Shown here piece after piece: positions 24,628 through 32,732 of a DNA stretch of 44,106 nucleotides. Position 1 is the stretch's first letter. Every line of letters begins with the position of its first letter. Location: positions 1 to 44,106 of the IMG/VR virus record IMGVR_UViG_3300042934_000260; one strand, 5' to 3'. Source of the DNA: a virus. Made by a program: the position numbers and the translations under genes. The notes under the pieces were generated by a model. It had not been told where the DNA came from and ran no database searches. It saw only the letters and a program-made list of their open reading frames with translations.

Positions 24628-24939
24628 TTATTTGCCTTGTTGCTTCCGCATGGCTTCGATGATCGCTTCGGCCATCTGGATTTCTTCTTCCGTCCAGCCT
24701 TTGCCGCCGTCCGAAAATGCCATGCCTTCTTCTGGCGCCCGCGCTATGGATCGGCCAACGAGATAATCCATTGAAACCCCGAAGTAATCAGCAAGCTTGT
24801 TCAATGTTTCTAAGTCTGGTTCTCTTTTACCATTCTCGTAGTTGCCGTAAGCAGGTCTGCTGATGCCTAAAAAATTAGCAACGTCGTCTTGAGTCTTCTT
24901 TTTCTCCTTTCGGAGTTTCAATAACCGTTGAGTAAGCAT
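24628..24939 (-). CDS. XRE-family HTH repressor (CI/ImmR-like)
   Basis: HTH segment KKTQDDVANFLGISRPAYGNYENGKREP. RBS aaggtgg lies 5 nt before ATG 24939. Divergent from the early operon. Confidence 0.85.
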   Translation of the reverse strand: MLTQRLLKLRKEKKKTQDDVANFLGISRPAYGNYENGKREPDLETLNKLADYFGVSMDYLVGRSIARAPEEGMAFSDGGKGWTEEEIQMAEAIIEAMRKQQGK

Positions 24940-24948
24940 GGGTTCCAC

Positions 24949-25103
24949 CTTATATGTAGCTAGTTTGCCTCATTATAACGTAACAAACTGTTTCCCAGAT
25001 TAAAAGTTACAAAATGAATCAAAAATGTGTTGACAGTAACAAAATGAAGCGTATAATAAGCATCAGAAGGTAACAAAACGAAACAATGAAATGAGGTGAC
25101 AAT
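24949..25103. promoter_or_regulatory. Divergent immunity promoter/operator region
   Basis: The rightward promoter is TTGACA (25030-25035), a 16-nt spacer and TATAAT (25052-25057). A leftward -10 TATAAT (reverse complement) is at 24972-24977. Four direct repeats GT(A/T)ACAAA start at 24980, 25006, 25036 and 25070. Confidence 0.7.
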
Positions 25104-25334
25104 ATGAAAAGGGAATGGCTCATTCAAAAGCGAGAAGCCAAGAAAATGAGTCAAGAAGTTGTGGCAGAAAAGCTTGGTGTCAGCCGTCCTTACTATGGAA
25201 TGATTGAAACAGGCATAAGGAATCCAAGCGTAGGGCTTTCCAAGAAAATCGCAAAAGTATTTGGATTTAAATGGACGATTTTTTTTGAAGATAAAGGTAA
25301 CGAAAAGAAACATAATAATAAGGAGGTCGGTTAA
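25104..25334 (+). CDS. XRE-family HTH protein (Cro-like)
   Basis: HTH segment KMSQEVVAEKLGVSRPYYGMIETGIRNP. First gene of the rightward operon. Confidence 0.8.
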   Translation: MKREWLIQKREAKKMSQEVVAEKLGVSRPYYGMIETGIRNPSVGLSKKIAKVFGFKWTIFFEDKGNEKKHNNKEVG

Positions 25335-25637
25335 ATGATCGAAATCAAACTCGACTCCACGCAAATCGAAGAAATGGTCGCTACCGTCGCCGAACGAGTC
25401 ATCGCAAAGCAGCAAGAACAACAACATCACCTGCCGATCGTGCTCAGCAAAGAACGCTTGTGTGAGGAACTGGACATCAGCACATCGACGGCGACGACGT
25501 TATTCCGACGAGCTGACTTCCCGGTAGCTAGAAATCTAGGTGGTCCGAAAGTGGTCACACATCTGCTGCTCCAATGGCTGGAACGCGAGGCTGGATGGGT
25601 AGAGAAAAACGCAGGGCCGAAACGGAGGTTAGGCTGA
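25335..25637 (+). CDS. HTH DNA-binding protein (excisionase/MerR-like fold; possible Xis)
   Basis: The segment LSKERLCEELDISTSTATTLFRRADFPV is typical of small phage HTH_17-type proteins. Confidence 0.5.
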   Translation: MIEIKLDSTQIEEMVATVAERVIAKQQEQQHHLPIVLSKERLCEELDISTSTATTLFRRADFPVARNLGGPKVVTHLLLQWLEREAGWVEKNAGPKRRLG

Positions 25638-25885
25638 TGCCGCGATTTAAGTGGAAGGACGCGAAGGCTCGTAACGTCTGTGTAGCGGCTACGGTCATCC
25701 GGGCGCACTTGGGAAGGACAACGGTCGAAGAGGCCCTAGAGCAGAGCCTCGACCGTTACTGCGAGAATGGGGATCAAATCTCGCGGGTGGAGCGGGGAAG
25801 GGTCTTGGCCGAAGCCAAGGCGAGGGCAAAGAACGCGCAGAGGGTTGCGCAGCAAACGAGGGATAAAGTGAGGAAAGCGATGTAA
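25637..25885 (+). CDS. Hypothetical protein (82 aa from ATG 25637)
   Basis: TGATG overlap with the upstream stop. Basic and helical. Confidence 0.45.
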   Translation: MPRFKWKDAKARNVCVAATVIRAHLGRTTVEEALEQSLDRYCENGDQISRVERGRVLAEAKARAKNAQRVAQQTRDKVRKAM

Positions 25886-25987
25886 CAGCGACTGTGGGGG
25901 CCGCTTGATTACATCATAACGTAAGCAAGCAAGGACTCCCATGCGGCATCTGCACATGCAAGTTGTGCATGAAGGGGGGATAGAACA

Positions 25988-26233
25988 GTGAAACTCGGCA
26001 GCATCATGAGAGCTTGCAGAGAACGAGCAGGCTTCTCGCAAGAAGAACTCGCACACCGCTTAAACCGCGATCCTAGCGGCATTAGCCGGTTGGAAAATGG
26101 TAAGCAATCGCCGGACATGGACACCATCATGGACTGGGCGGAAGTGACAAATACGAAAGAAGTCTTCGTAGCTTATATGTACGGGCAAGACGCCCTGAAT
26201 GCGATATGCAAGATCAATCAAGTAGGAGCGTGA
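25988..26233 (+). CDS. Third XRE-family HTH protein
   Basis: HTH segment RAGFSQEELAHRLNRDPSGISRLENGKQSP. GTG start after RBS aagggggga. Confidence 0.7.
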   Translation: MKLGSIMRACRERAGFSQEELAHRLNRDPSGISRLENGKQSPDMDTIMDWAEVTNTKEVFVAYMYGQDALNAICKINQVGA

Positions 26234-26237
26234 GGGA

Positions 26238-26489
26238 ATGAAGACGGTAAAACGGACTGCGCAGGTTGGAGAGGAAATACTAATCACCCGTCAGATGATA
26301 ACTTTCGAATATTACAAGAAAGGAGACATTTTAAAAGTCGTGAAAACCGAAGGTGCGATTCCAGAGCTTCCGAATTACCAGCTTCAATACGGGGAAGTTT
26401 ACGCAGAAGGAATAATGATTTACATCGGACCAGACGAATACGAAGTCATCATCGAGGAGGACAACCATGCTGAAACAAATGAAGCGTGA
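26238..26489 (+). CDS. Hypothetical protein, paralogue of 37223..37453
   Basis: Both share MKTxKRxAxxGExILI near the N-terminus and PDEYEVI near the C-terminus. Confidence 0.55.
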   Translation: MKTVKRTAQVGEEILITRQMITFEYYKKGDILKVVKTEGAIPELPNYQLQYGEVYAEGIMIYIGPDEYEVIIEEDNHAETNEA

Positions 26490-26745
26490 CGAACTGATCC
26501 TGCGCCAACACGCCGCAGACCATCGCCGGATGCAGCTTATGAGCATGAAGCAAAGCGGCGTCATCCTCGAAGCCGGACACGACTGGATCGACGGAGAGAT
26601 CGCACAACTGACCGCCGACATTCGCCGCATGGAAACGCAAAAAGCCCAGCTGGGGGGCTGGACTCGAGCGAAGCGTATGGTACGACGAAGCAAAAACACT
26701 ATGTACTTCATTATAACAGGCTACCGGGTTCCGAACAATGCCTGA
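26467..26745 (+). CDS. Hypothetical protein (92 aa)
   Basis: ORF in the operon, with a short overlap with the previous gene. Confidence 0.45.
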   Translation: MLKQMKRDELILRQHAADHRRMQLMSMKQSGVILEAGHDWIDGEIAQLTADIRRMETQKAQLGGWTRAKRMVRRSKNTMYFIITGYRVPNNA

Positions 26746-26819
26746 CTGGTTCTACTTGATCCCGATCGCATTCATGTTCATCACTTTGTTGCTTGACTAT
26801 AAACCTAAGAAAGAAAGGA

Positions 26820-27038
26820 ATGAACAGAAAGATGGAATGGATTGATTTGGAGAACGGACCGAACAATCTCAAACACAACCAAGACGTTTTGCTTTGGGAC
26901 AAAGATGGCGGAGCTTACTTGGCTAATGTATACAATGCAAAAGAAAAATTGTTTGCAGATTCATACACCGGAGAGTTTTTGAAAAGCTCTGAATTCTCAC
27001 ATTACGCAATTATCGAATCACCAAATGACCCCGCTTGA
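26820..27038 (+). CDS. DUF551-like protein
   Basis: MEWIDLENGPNNLKHNQDVLLWDKDGGAYLA resembles the DUF551 pattern (WI..., short LP..., VL...). The start is ATG 26820 or 26832. Confidence 0.4.
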   Translation: MNRKMEWIDLENGPNNLKHNQDVLLWDKDGGAYLANVYNAKEKLFADSYTGEFLKSSEFSHYAIIESPNDPA

Positions 27039-27116
27039 TAAGCAGCCGGATGGTTACCGGCCGAAACCCCTTCGGGGGTCGCGGGAAACCGCAATAGAAG
27101 GAGAGGAGGAAACAAC

Positions 27117-27332
27117 GTGTTCATCAAGATCACAGAAGACAAGTCGCGTTTGGAAATGCGCATCAATGGGAACAACATCAGGAGTTACTACGATAGTGGA
27201 GACGGGAAAGGAAGCATCGTAAATGTTGATGGGTTCCCATACCCGCTTTACACGGAAGAATCGCCTGAACAAATCGATTCAATGATCTACTACGAGCAAC
27301 GTGAATTGGCAAAACTCTACAGAGAACAATAA
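27117..27332 (+). CDS. Hypothetical protein (71 aa)
   Basis: RBS ggagaggagg precedes GTG 27117. Confidence 0.5.
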   Translation: MFIKITEDKSRLEMRINGNNIRSYYDSGDGKGSIVNVDGFPYPLYTEESPEQIDSMIYYEQRELAKLYREQ

Positions 27333-27431
27333 AAAAGCCGCCTGTATCAGCAGGCAGCCACATCAACACATATGAAAAGATTCTACAGCCATTATAGCAC
27401 AGGTGGCTTGTAGAGCGGAAGGAGCAAACGC

Positions 27432-27707
27432 ATGTACGCAAACGAGAGACTGCAAGAAGAACGGGAGCAGAAGCAGGAAGTACAGTTTCAACTTGAGGAC
27501 GTGAAGCTTGATCTGACCATCCTCAAGGATCGGTTGGAAGACGTATCGGACGAAGTGAGAGTCACGTTGGAAATCCTTCAAAAACTGCAGTGGGACACGA
27601 AGAATGTCAGCCCACAAGGGGTTCTGACGGTGCTGGCGGACTTTTTCCAGAATGATCTGAGCGTTTGTATCGCAAACCTTGAGCAAGCCCAACAGGAGGT
27701 ACATTGA
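27432..27707 (+). CDS. Coiled-coil hypothetical protein
   Basis: RBS ggaaggag. Heptad-rich 91-aa ORF directly upstream of erf. Confidence 0.5.
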   Translation: MYANERLQEEREQKQEVQFQLEDVKLDLTILKDRLEDVSDEVRVTLEILQKLQWDTKNVSPQGVLTVLADFFQNDLSVCIANLEQAQQEVH

Positions 27708-27708
27708 C

Positions 27709-28341
27709 ATGACCGAAACGACCGAAGCTCCGAAGCTCAACCTTTACCAGAAGATCAGCGCCGTTATGCAGGACGTAGAATACCTGTCCAAAGACGATGC
27801 AATCGAGTTCAAGTCCACCAAGTACAAAGCGATTTCGGAAGAGAAAGTCACTTCCGCTGTACGCGCAGCATTGATCCGGCATGGGTTGGTCATCCTTCCC
27901 GTTGAACAGGCTCATAGACGCGCTGACACGCTGACCACAGTGGACGTGAAGTACAAGATCGTGGACATCGAAACCGGAGAACATGAGATCTTGGCAAGCT
28001 CCGGCACTGGAGCAGATACGCAGGATAAGGGCGTAGGCAAGGCCATGACATACAGCTACAAGTACCTGCTGCTTCGCACCTTCGCGATTCCAACCGGCGA
28101 AGATCCAGACAAGGTAAGCAGCGCGGAGCTGGACGAGAAACAGCGTGCAGCGCGTGAGAAGCAGGAAGCCGAAGACCAGAAGACGCTCCGCAGCATCGAA
28201 CAGAAGTGGCAAGTACTGGCCGGTAACACGGACGGCCTTGAAAAGTGGATCGATGACATGACGAAAAAAGGCGTCAAGCTTCAAACCATGCACGAGACGC
28301 TGGCGAAGCGATTGGTCGACAAGGCGAAGGAGGAGAAATAA
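27709..28341 (+). CDS. erf: ERF-family single-strand annealing recombinase
   Basis: LNLYQKISAVMQDVEYLSKDD...FKSTKYKAISEEKV and GKAMTYSYKYLL match the ERF signature. RBS aggaggt lies 8 nt before ATG 27709. Confidence 0.8.
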   Translation: MTETTEAPKLNLYQKISAVMQDVEYLSKDDAIEFKSTKYKAISEEKVTSAVRAALIRHGLVILPVEQAHRRADTLTTVDVKYKIVDIETGEHEILASSGTGADTQDKGVGKAMTYSYKYLLLRTFAIPTGEDPDKVSSAELDEKQRAAREKQEAEDQKTLRSIEQKWQVLAGNTDGLEKWIDDMTKKGVKLQTMHETLAKRLVDKAKEEK

Positions 28342-28749
28342 ATGCTGAACCGTGTAATCCTGATCGGCCGACTTACCAAGGATCCTGAGCTCCGGTACAC
28401 GCCTGCGGGCGTGGCCGTCACTCAGTTCACACTCGCTACGGATCGACCTTTCACCACGAAGGGCGGGGAGAAGGAAACAGACTTCATCCCAATCGTGACT
28501 TGGAAGCAGACAGCCGAAGCGTGCGCGAACTACCTGCGGAAAGGCCGCATGGCTGCTGTAGAAGGCCGGATGCAGACTCGTAACTATGAGAACAGCGAAG
28601 GCAAGAAAGTCTACGTGACCGAAGTCATCGCGGACAACGTTCGATTCCTGGAACCGCCGAATCGGGAAGAGAAGAAAAATGAGTCTCAGCCATCGTTTGT
28701 TGATGACGGAAAGCCAATCGACGTTTCTGACGACGACCTGCCGTTCTGA
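28342..28749 (+). CDS. ssb: Single-stranded DNA-binding protein
   Basis: OB-fold N-terminus [21 protein letters not shown] and an acidic tail ending DDDLPF. Confidence 0.95.
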   Translation: MLNRVILIGRLTKDPELRYTPAGVAVTQFTLATDRPFTTKGGEKETDFIPIVTWKQTAEACANYLRKGRMAAVEGRMQTRNYENSEGKKVYVTEVIADNVRFLEPPNREEKKNESQPSFVDDGKPIDVSDDDLPF

Positions 28750-29135
28750 TGGCGAAGGACATTGGGAACTATCTCGAACAAGTCGTGCTGCTGAGAAGAG
28801 AAGCGGACGAGCTGCCGGAGGACAACCCCGGCGCTCTGATCCGCAAGATCCGGCTTCTGAAAAACTGCTTCATGTACATCGGTCGCATTTCATCCACGAT
28901 GGACGGCGATTACAAACGCATCTACGCACAGCGGCATTACGAACACGCCGTAGCATACAAGAACGCAGCCAAGAACAAGCAGGCAGAAGCGGAGATCGCA
29001 GTCAAAGAACTTCGTCAGAAAGAAGCAGACGCCTACGAGAGCATGAACCGCTGGCGCAACGCCTTGAACGCAACGCAGGAAGAGATTCATTTCCTCAAAC
29101 TGGTGCTCAAGGTTGATTTCGAGCAAGGAGAGTAG
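28749..29135 (+). CDS. Hypothetical helical protein (128 aa)
   Basis: ATG overlaps the ssb stop (TGATG). No family recognised. Confidence 0.5.
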   Translation: MAKDIGNYLEQVVLLRREADELPEDNPGALIRKIRLLKNCFMYIGRISSTMDGDYKRIYAQRHYEHAVAYKNAAKNKQAEAEIAVKELRQKEADAYESMNRWRNALNATQEEIHFLKLVLKVDFEQGE

Positions 29136-29143
29136 GTGAACAC

Positions 29144-29977
29144 ATGGATTACTTAGAGCAAGTGGTGGCCTTCCATCAATGGAAGGAAGTGAACCCCTTG
29201 CCTGCCAGCGCAATTGCATTATGGCATGAATTGATGGCCGTTTGTAATAAGGCTGGGTGGCCGGAGGAATTTACAGTAAAAAGCGCCCTGCTCCAAGCGA
29301 ATGCGGGCTTGAGTCGAAAAGAGTTCGACCGAGCCAGACAGATCCTGACCGACCTCGGACGGATCGGTTACAAGAAGTCCGGTCGAGTGAATATGGCTGG
29401 CAAATACTCCGTTATTCCATTCCCGATTGTTCAAAAGGGACAACAGGAGGGACAACGAGAGGGACATCGAACGGAACACAGGAGGGACAACAGGAGGGAC
29501 AACTATAAAGATCTTAAAGAACTTAAAGATCTTAAAAGCTCTTCTTCTGCATCTTCTGCTGGGGACGGCGTCGAATCCTTGACAACCGAAAAGCCTGAGA
29601 CTTTATACCAAGCCCATGAACGGGTGTTTGGATTCGGGTTTAGCAATCCCATGCAAGCACAGCGTCTAGGGAGCTACCTGGACGACGGGATGGAAGAAGC
29701 GGTGCTGATCCGGGCTTTGGAACGGGCGGCACTGGCTTCAACCGGGTATAGCTTCCCGTTAATCGACCGGATCGTGAAGGATTACTTTGCGGTTGGGGCG
29801 ATGGACATTGAGTCTGCCAAAGCACTGGACGCGGCACACGATGCCCAGAAGCAGCAGAAGGTGCAACAGCAAACTAGCAGGCCGGCCAGTGGCGGTAACC
29901 GGCAGCAGAAGTCATTGAGCCTGCTAGAACAAATGGCAGAGGAGGAACGGAAACGTGAACAAGTCACAGACGATTAA
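29144..29977 (+). CDS. Replisome organiser / DnaD-domain replication initiation protein
   Basis: The N-terminal winged-helix-like region is WHELMAVCNKAGWPEEF...LTDLGRIGY. A C-terminal DnaD-like repeat follows (GMEEAVLIRALERAAL...). Upstream of the helicase loader and DnaB. Confidence 0.7.
   Translation: MDYLEQVVAFHQWKEVNPLPASAIALWHELMAVCNKAGWPEEFTVKSALLQANAGLSRKEFDRARQILTDLGRIGYKKSGRVNMAGKYSVIPFPIVQKGQQEGQREGHRTEHRRDNRRDNYKDLKELKDLKSSSSASSAGDGVESLTTEKPETLYQAHERVFGFGFSNPMQAQRLGSYLDDGMEEAVLIRALERAALASTGYSFPLIDRIVKDYFAVGAMDIESAKALDAAHDAQKQQKVQQQTSRPASGGNRQQKSLSLLEQMAEEERKREQVTDD
29437..29540 (+). repeat. Iteron array plus AT-rich 9-bp repeats (candidate origin)
   Basis: Six units of about 12 bp start at 29437, 29449, 29461, 29473, 29484 and 29496. 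Four are perfect GGGACAAC. Three copies of CTTAAA(A)G follow at 29513, 29522 and 29531. Confidence 0.6.
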
Positions 29978-30290
29978 CCTGCTGAAGCTGATTACGACGA
30001 GCTATCCGAACATGACGGTGACGGCGGATACGGTCGATCAGTACAGCGAGCTGCTGGAAGACATGCCGTACAGCTTGGCAGCCGAGAACGTGAAGAAGCA
30101 TATCAAGGACAATCGATTCGCCCCGACGATCGCGGAGATCCGCGGCGGATACACGGACGCTCACGAACGCCAGAAGCGAGAGACACAGGCGTTCATCCGG
30201 GAGCAGGAGCAGCGGAAGCCGATACCAGCACCGGCAGAGGTAAAGGCGCGGATGGACAAGCTGTTCGGACGGGGTGAAGCGAATGCGTGA
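29955..30290 (+). CDS. Helicase loader, SPP1 G39P-like
   Basis: 111 aa. The sequence LLKLITTSYPNMTVTADTVDQYSELLEDMPY...FAPTIAEI resembles the G39P family. Immediately upstream of DnaB. Confidence 0.55.
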   Translation: MNKSQTINLLKLITTSYPNMTVTADTVDQYSELLEDMPYSLAAENVKKHIKDNRFAPTIAEIRGGYTDAHERQKRETQAFIREQEQRKPIPAPAEVKARMDKLFGRGEANA

Positions 30291-31617
30291 CCCACTAGAC
30301 TTACCCTACAGCCAGGAGGCCGAAGTCAGTGTCCTCGGCGCGGTGCTGCTCGATCCGCAAGCGATGGACGCGGCTGCTGAACTGCAAGAAGACGCATTCC
30401 TAAACGAGCAGCACCAACCGATCTTCGCTGCGATGCTCAAGCTGTACAGGGAACAGAAGGCCATCGACCTGGTAACGCTGGCAACGGAACTGAAAGCGGC
30501 CGGCGGCTATGACCGGGTAGGCGGAATGTCGTACCTTACGAAGCTGGCAAAGGCGGTTCCGACCGCTGCAAACATCGGCTATTACGTCCAAATCGTCCGC
30601 GACAAACACATCCAGCGGCAGATCATGACCTCGGGCCAGATGTTCCACAAAGCCGCGCTGATGGGCGAGACGACAAGCGAGACACTGGCGCAGATGCAGC
30701 AGACGGTGCAGGACTTGCAAGCGCAGGCGGCACCGAAGCAGAAGTTCAAAACGGCGAAGGACGTAGCTCGCACCATGTACGAACGGGTCGAGGAAATGTC
30801 GAACAATCCGAATCGCGGCGGCATTACGGGTATCGGCTCCGGGTTCGCGGATCTAGACCGCATGACAGCCGGATTCCAGCCTAGTGACCTGATCATCCTG
30901 GCAGCGCGACCTTCGATGGGCAAGACGGCGTTCGCACTCAACATCGCCCAGAACGTGGCTGTACGCGGCGAGAAGAACGTCGCCATCTACAGCTTGGAAA
31001 TGTCGGAAGTGCAGCTGATGCAGCGGATGGTGTGCGCCGAAGCGAATCTGGACGCGAGTCGGGTACGGACGGGAGACCTGAACACTGATGACGATTGGAC
31101 AAAGATGACGATAGGCATAGCGGCGTTGTCGGAAGCACCGCTTTTCATCAACGACACGCCGGGCATCAGTATTCACGAAATCATGCAGTCAGCGCGGGAG
31201 CTGAAGCGGGAACACGGGCTGGACATGATCATCATCGACTACCTGCAACTCATTACGAGCGGCCGGCGAACGGAGAACCGGCAGCAGGAAGTGTCGGAGA
31301 TCTCGCGGCTTTTGAAGCAGCTGGCGCGGGAGTTGGAAGTGCCGGTCATCGCCTTGTCGCAGCTGAGCCGGGCCGTCGAGCAGCGCCAGGACAAACGTCC
31401 GATGATGTCGGATCTGCGGGAGTCGGGCTCGATCGAGCAAGACGCAGACATTGTGGCGTTCTTATATCGCGATTCGTACTACAACGCAGATACGGAAAAA
31501 AAAGAAGTCGCTGAAATCATCATCAGCAAGCAGCGGAATGGACCTACCGGCACAGTCGAGCTGGTGTTCCTCAAGCAGTTCAACAAGTTCGTGAACTATC
31601 ACGAGCAGTATGCATGA
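30274..31617 (+). CDS. dnaB: Replicative DNA helicase (DnaB/G40P family)
   Basis: N-terminal PYSQEAEVSVLGAVL, Walker A ARPSMGKTAFALN, Walker B MIIIDYLQL and SQLSRAVEQR. The start is GTG 30274 or ATG 30283. Confidence 0.95.
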   Translation: MKRMRDPLDLPYSQEAEVSVLGAVLLDPQAMDAAAELQEDAFLNEQHQPIFAAMLKLYREQKAIDLVTLATELKAAGGYDRVGGMSYLTKLAKAVPTAANIGYYVQIVRDKHIQRQIMTSGQMFHKAALMGETTSETLAQMQQTVQDLQAQAAPKQKFKTAKDVARTMYERVEEMSNNPNRGGITGIGSGFADLDRMTAGFQPSDLIILAARPSMGKTAFALNIAQNVAVRGEKNVAIYSLEMSEVQLMQRMVCAEANLDASRVRTGDLNTDDDWTKMTIGIAALSEAPLFINDTPGISIHEIMQSARELKREHGLDMIIIDYLQLITSGRRTENRQQEVSEISRLLKQLARELEVPVIALSQLSRAVEQRQDKRPMMSDLRESGSIEQDADIVAFLYRDSYYNADTEKKEVAEIIISKQRNGPTGTVELVFLKQFNKFVNYHEQYA

Positions 31618-32132
31618 ACCGAGTGATGAAAAATTCACATAAACAAGGAAAGCAAGCGGAGAAACGGACAAGCTTGCCTCCCAACGATAAGGGGCGGACG
31701 AATATGGGATGCGACATTCACATTTACGCTGAGAAGCTGGTAGACGGAGAGTGGCAGCACGTCGGCGGCATCGATCAATGGGACTGGCCGAACGAGTTTG
31801 AACCGCTGGATGGTCGGTGGTACCCAATGTTCGCTGTATTAGCAGGCGTAAGAGACAGTTGGGGCGTTAAACCGATCGCAGCGCCGCGAAGACTCCCAGC
31901 AGATATGAGCGCAGAGGTATTTCTTGCCGCTGATCACTTGGTTCCGGACGGACACACGTACTCGTGGATCACAGCGCGAGAGTTCAAAGAGTATAACTGG
32001 GCGAGCCTGCCGTTCCAAAATTGGCCGATCACGCCCGTATTTTCCGAGCAAATCAAGCATGTCGTCGAGGGCCTCGAGCAGATCAGCGAAAATCTCGATG
32101 ACGTTCGCATCGTATTCTGGTTCGACAACTAA
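31614..32132 (+). CDS. Hypothetical protein (MGCDIH-start family)
   Basis: ATGA overlap at 31614. An internal ATG 31704 with RBS aagggg gives MGCDIHIYAEKL..., a start seen in other phage proteins (recollection only). Confidence 0.5.
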   Translation: MNRVMKNSHKQGKQAEKRTSLPPNDKGRTNMGCDIHIYAEKLVDGEWQHVGGIDQWDWPNEFEPLDGRWYPMFAVLAGVRDSWGVKPIAAPRRLPADMSAEVFLAADHLVPDGHTYSWITAREFKEYNWASLPFQNWPITPVFSEQIKHVVEGLEQISENLDDVRIVFWFDN

Positions 32133-32145
32133 AGGAGCGCTGCCC

Positions 32146-32427
32146 ATGAACCGACAAGAAACGCGCAAACACCTGGACGCGATTAAAGGCATGTCGGACG
32201 CGGAGATTGCAGCAAACGCCGAGCTGGTCCGCGAGGTGGCGCAGAAAGCGAACATGCACCTGGCGCTGCTGGCGAAGGCGGTACATCGGCAGAGTGAGCA
32301 ACGACCGGACTTGAAATCGGAACTTGAACGCATCATCGGAGATTTGGATGCGGCACAGCAAAGCTACAATCCATACATCGACCTCGTGATTGAAGATCTG
32401 GAGAAACTCAAGGAGGAGAGCGAATGA
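32146..32427 (+). CDS. Hypothetical helical protein (93 aa)
   Basis: RBS aaaggag lies 8 nt before ATG 32146. Same frame as track ORF 31924..32427. Confidence 0.5.
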   Translation: MNRQETRKHLDAIKGMSDAEIAANAELVREVAQKANMHLALLAKAVHRQSEQRPDLKSELERIIGDLDAAQQSYNPYIDLVIEDLEKLKEESE

Positions 32428-32720
32428 ACTACCCGATGAAGAACGGACAGATTGACCCGGAGTTTTTGGATCGGGTACACGAATCCACGAACTTGAGATG
32501 GAATATGACGAAAAGCGAAGTTGAGGCTGTTCTTATCTACGCCCAAGAAGTCATGCAGGAGATTTCAATTAAAGTCGGAGACAAAGTTCAACATGTACGA
32601 TCTGCAAAAAAAGGCGAGGTCACTTACATCACTAAAAGCGGACTCGGAGCAAAGTGTAAGTGGGAAGGCAAGGAAGAAGCAGGCAGTCCAACAAAGGTAA
32701 GCAACCTGAAAAAACTCTAA
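32424..32720 (+). CDS. Small protein with C-terminal SH3/Tudor-like beta-barrel motif
   Basis: ATGA overlap. The C-terminus is VGDKVQHVRSAKKGEVTYI... Confidence 0.5.
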   Translation: MNYPMKNGQIDPEFLDRVHESTNLRWNMTKSEVEAVLIYAQEVMQEISIKVGDKVQHVRSAKKGEVTYITKSGLGAKCKWEGKEEAGSPTKVSNLKKL

Positions 32721-32732
32721 GGAGGCCCAACC

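Noticed and set aside
26738-26845. 35-aa hydrophobic ORF (MPDWFYLIPIAFMFITLLLDYKPKK...)
   Set aside because: It has no recognisable RBS and overlaps both neighbouring genes. Plausible, but unsupported.
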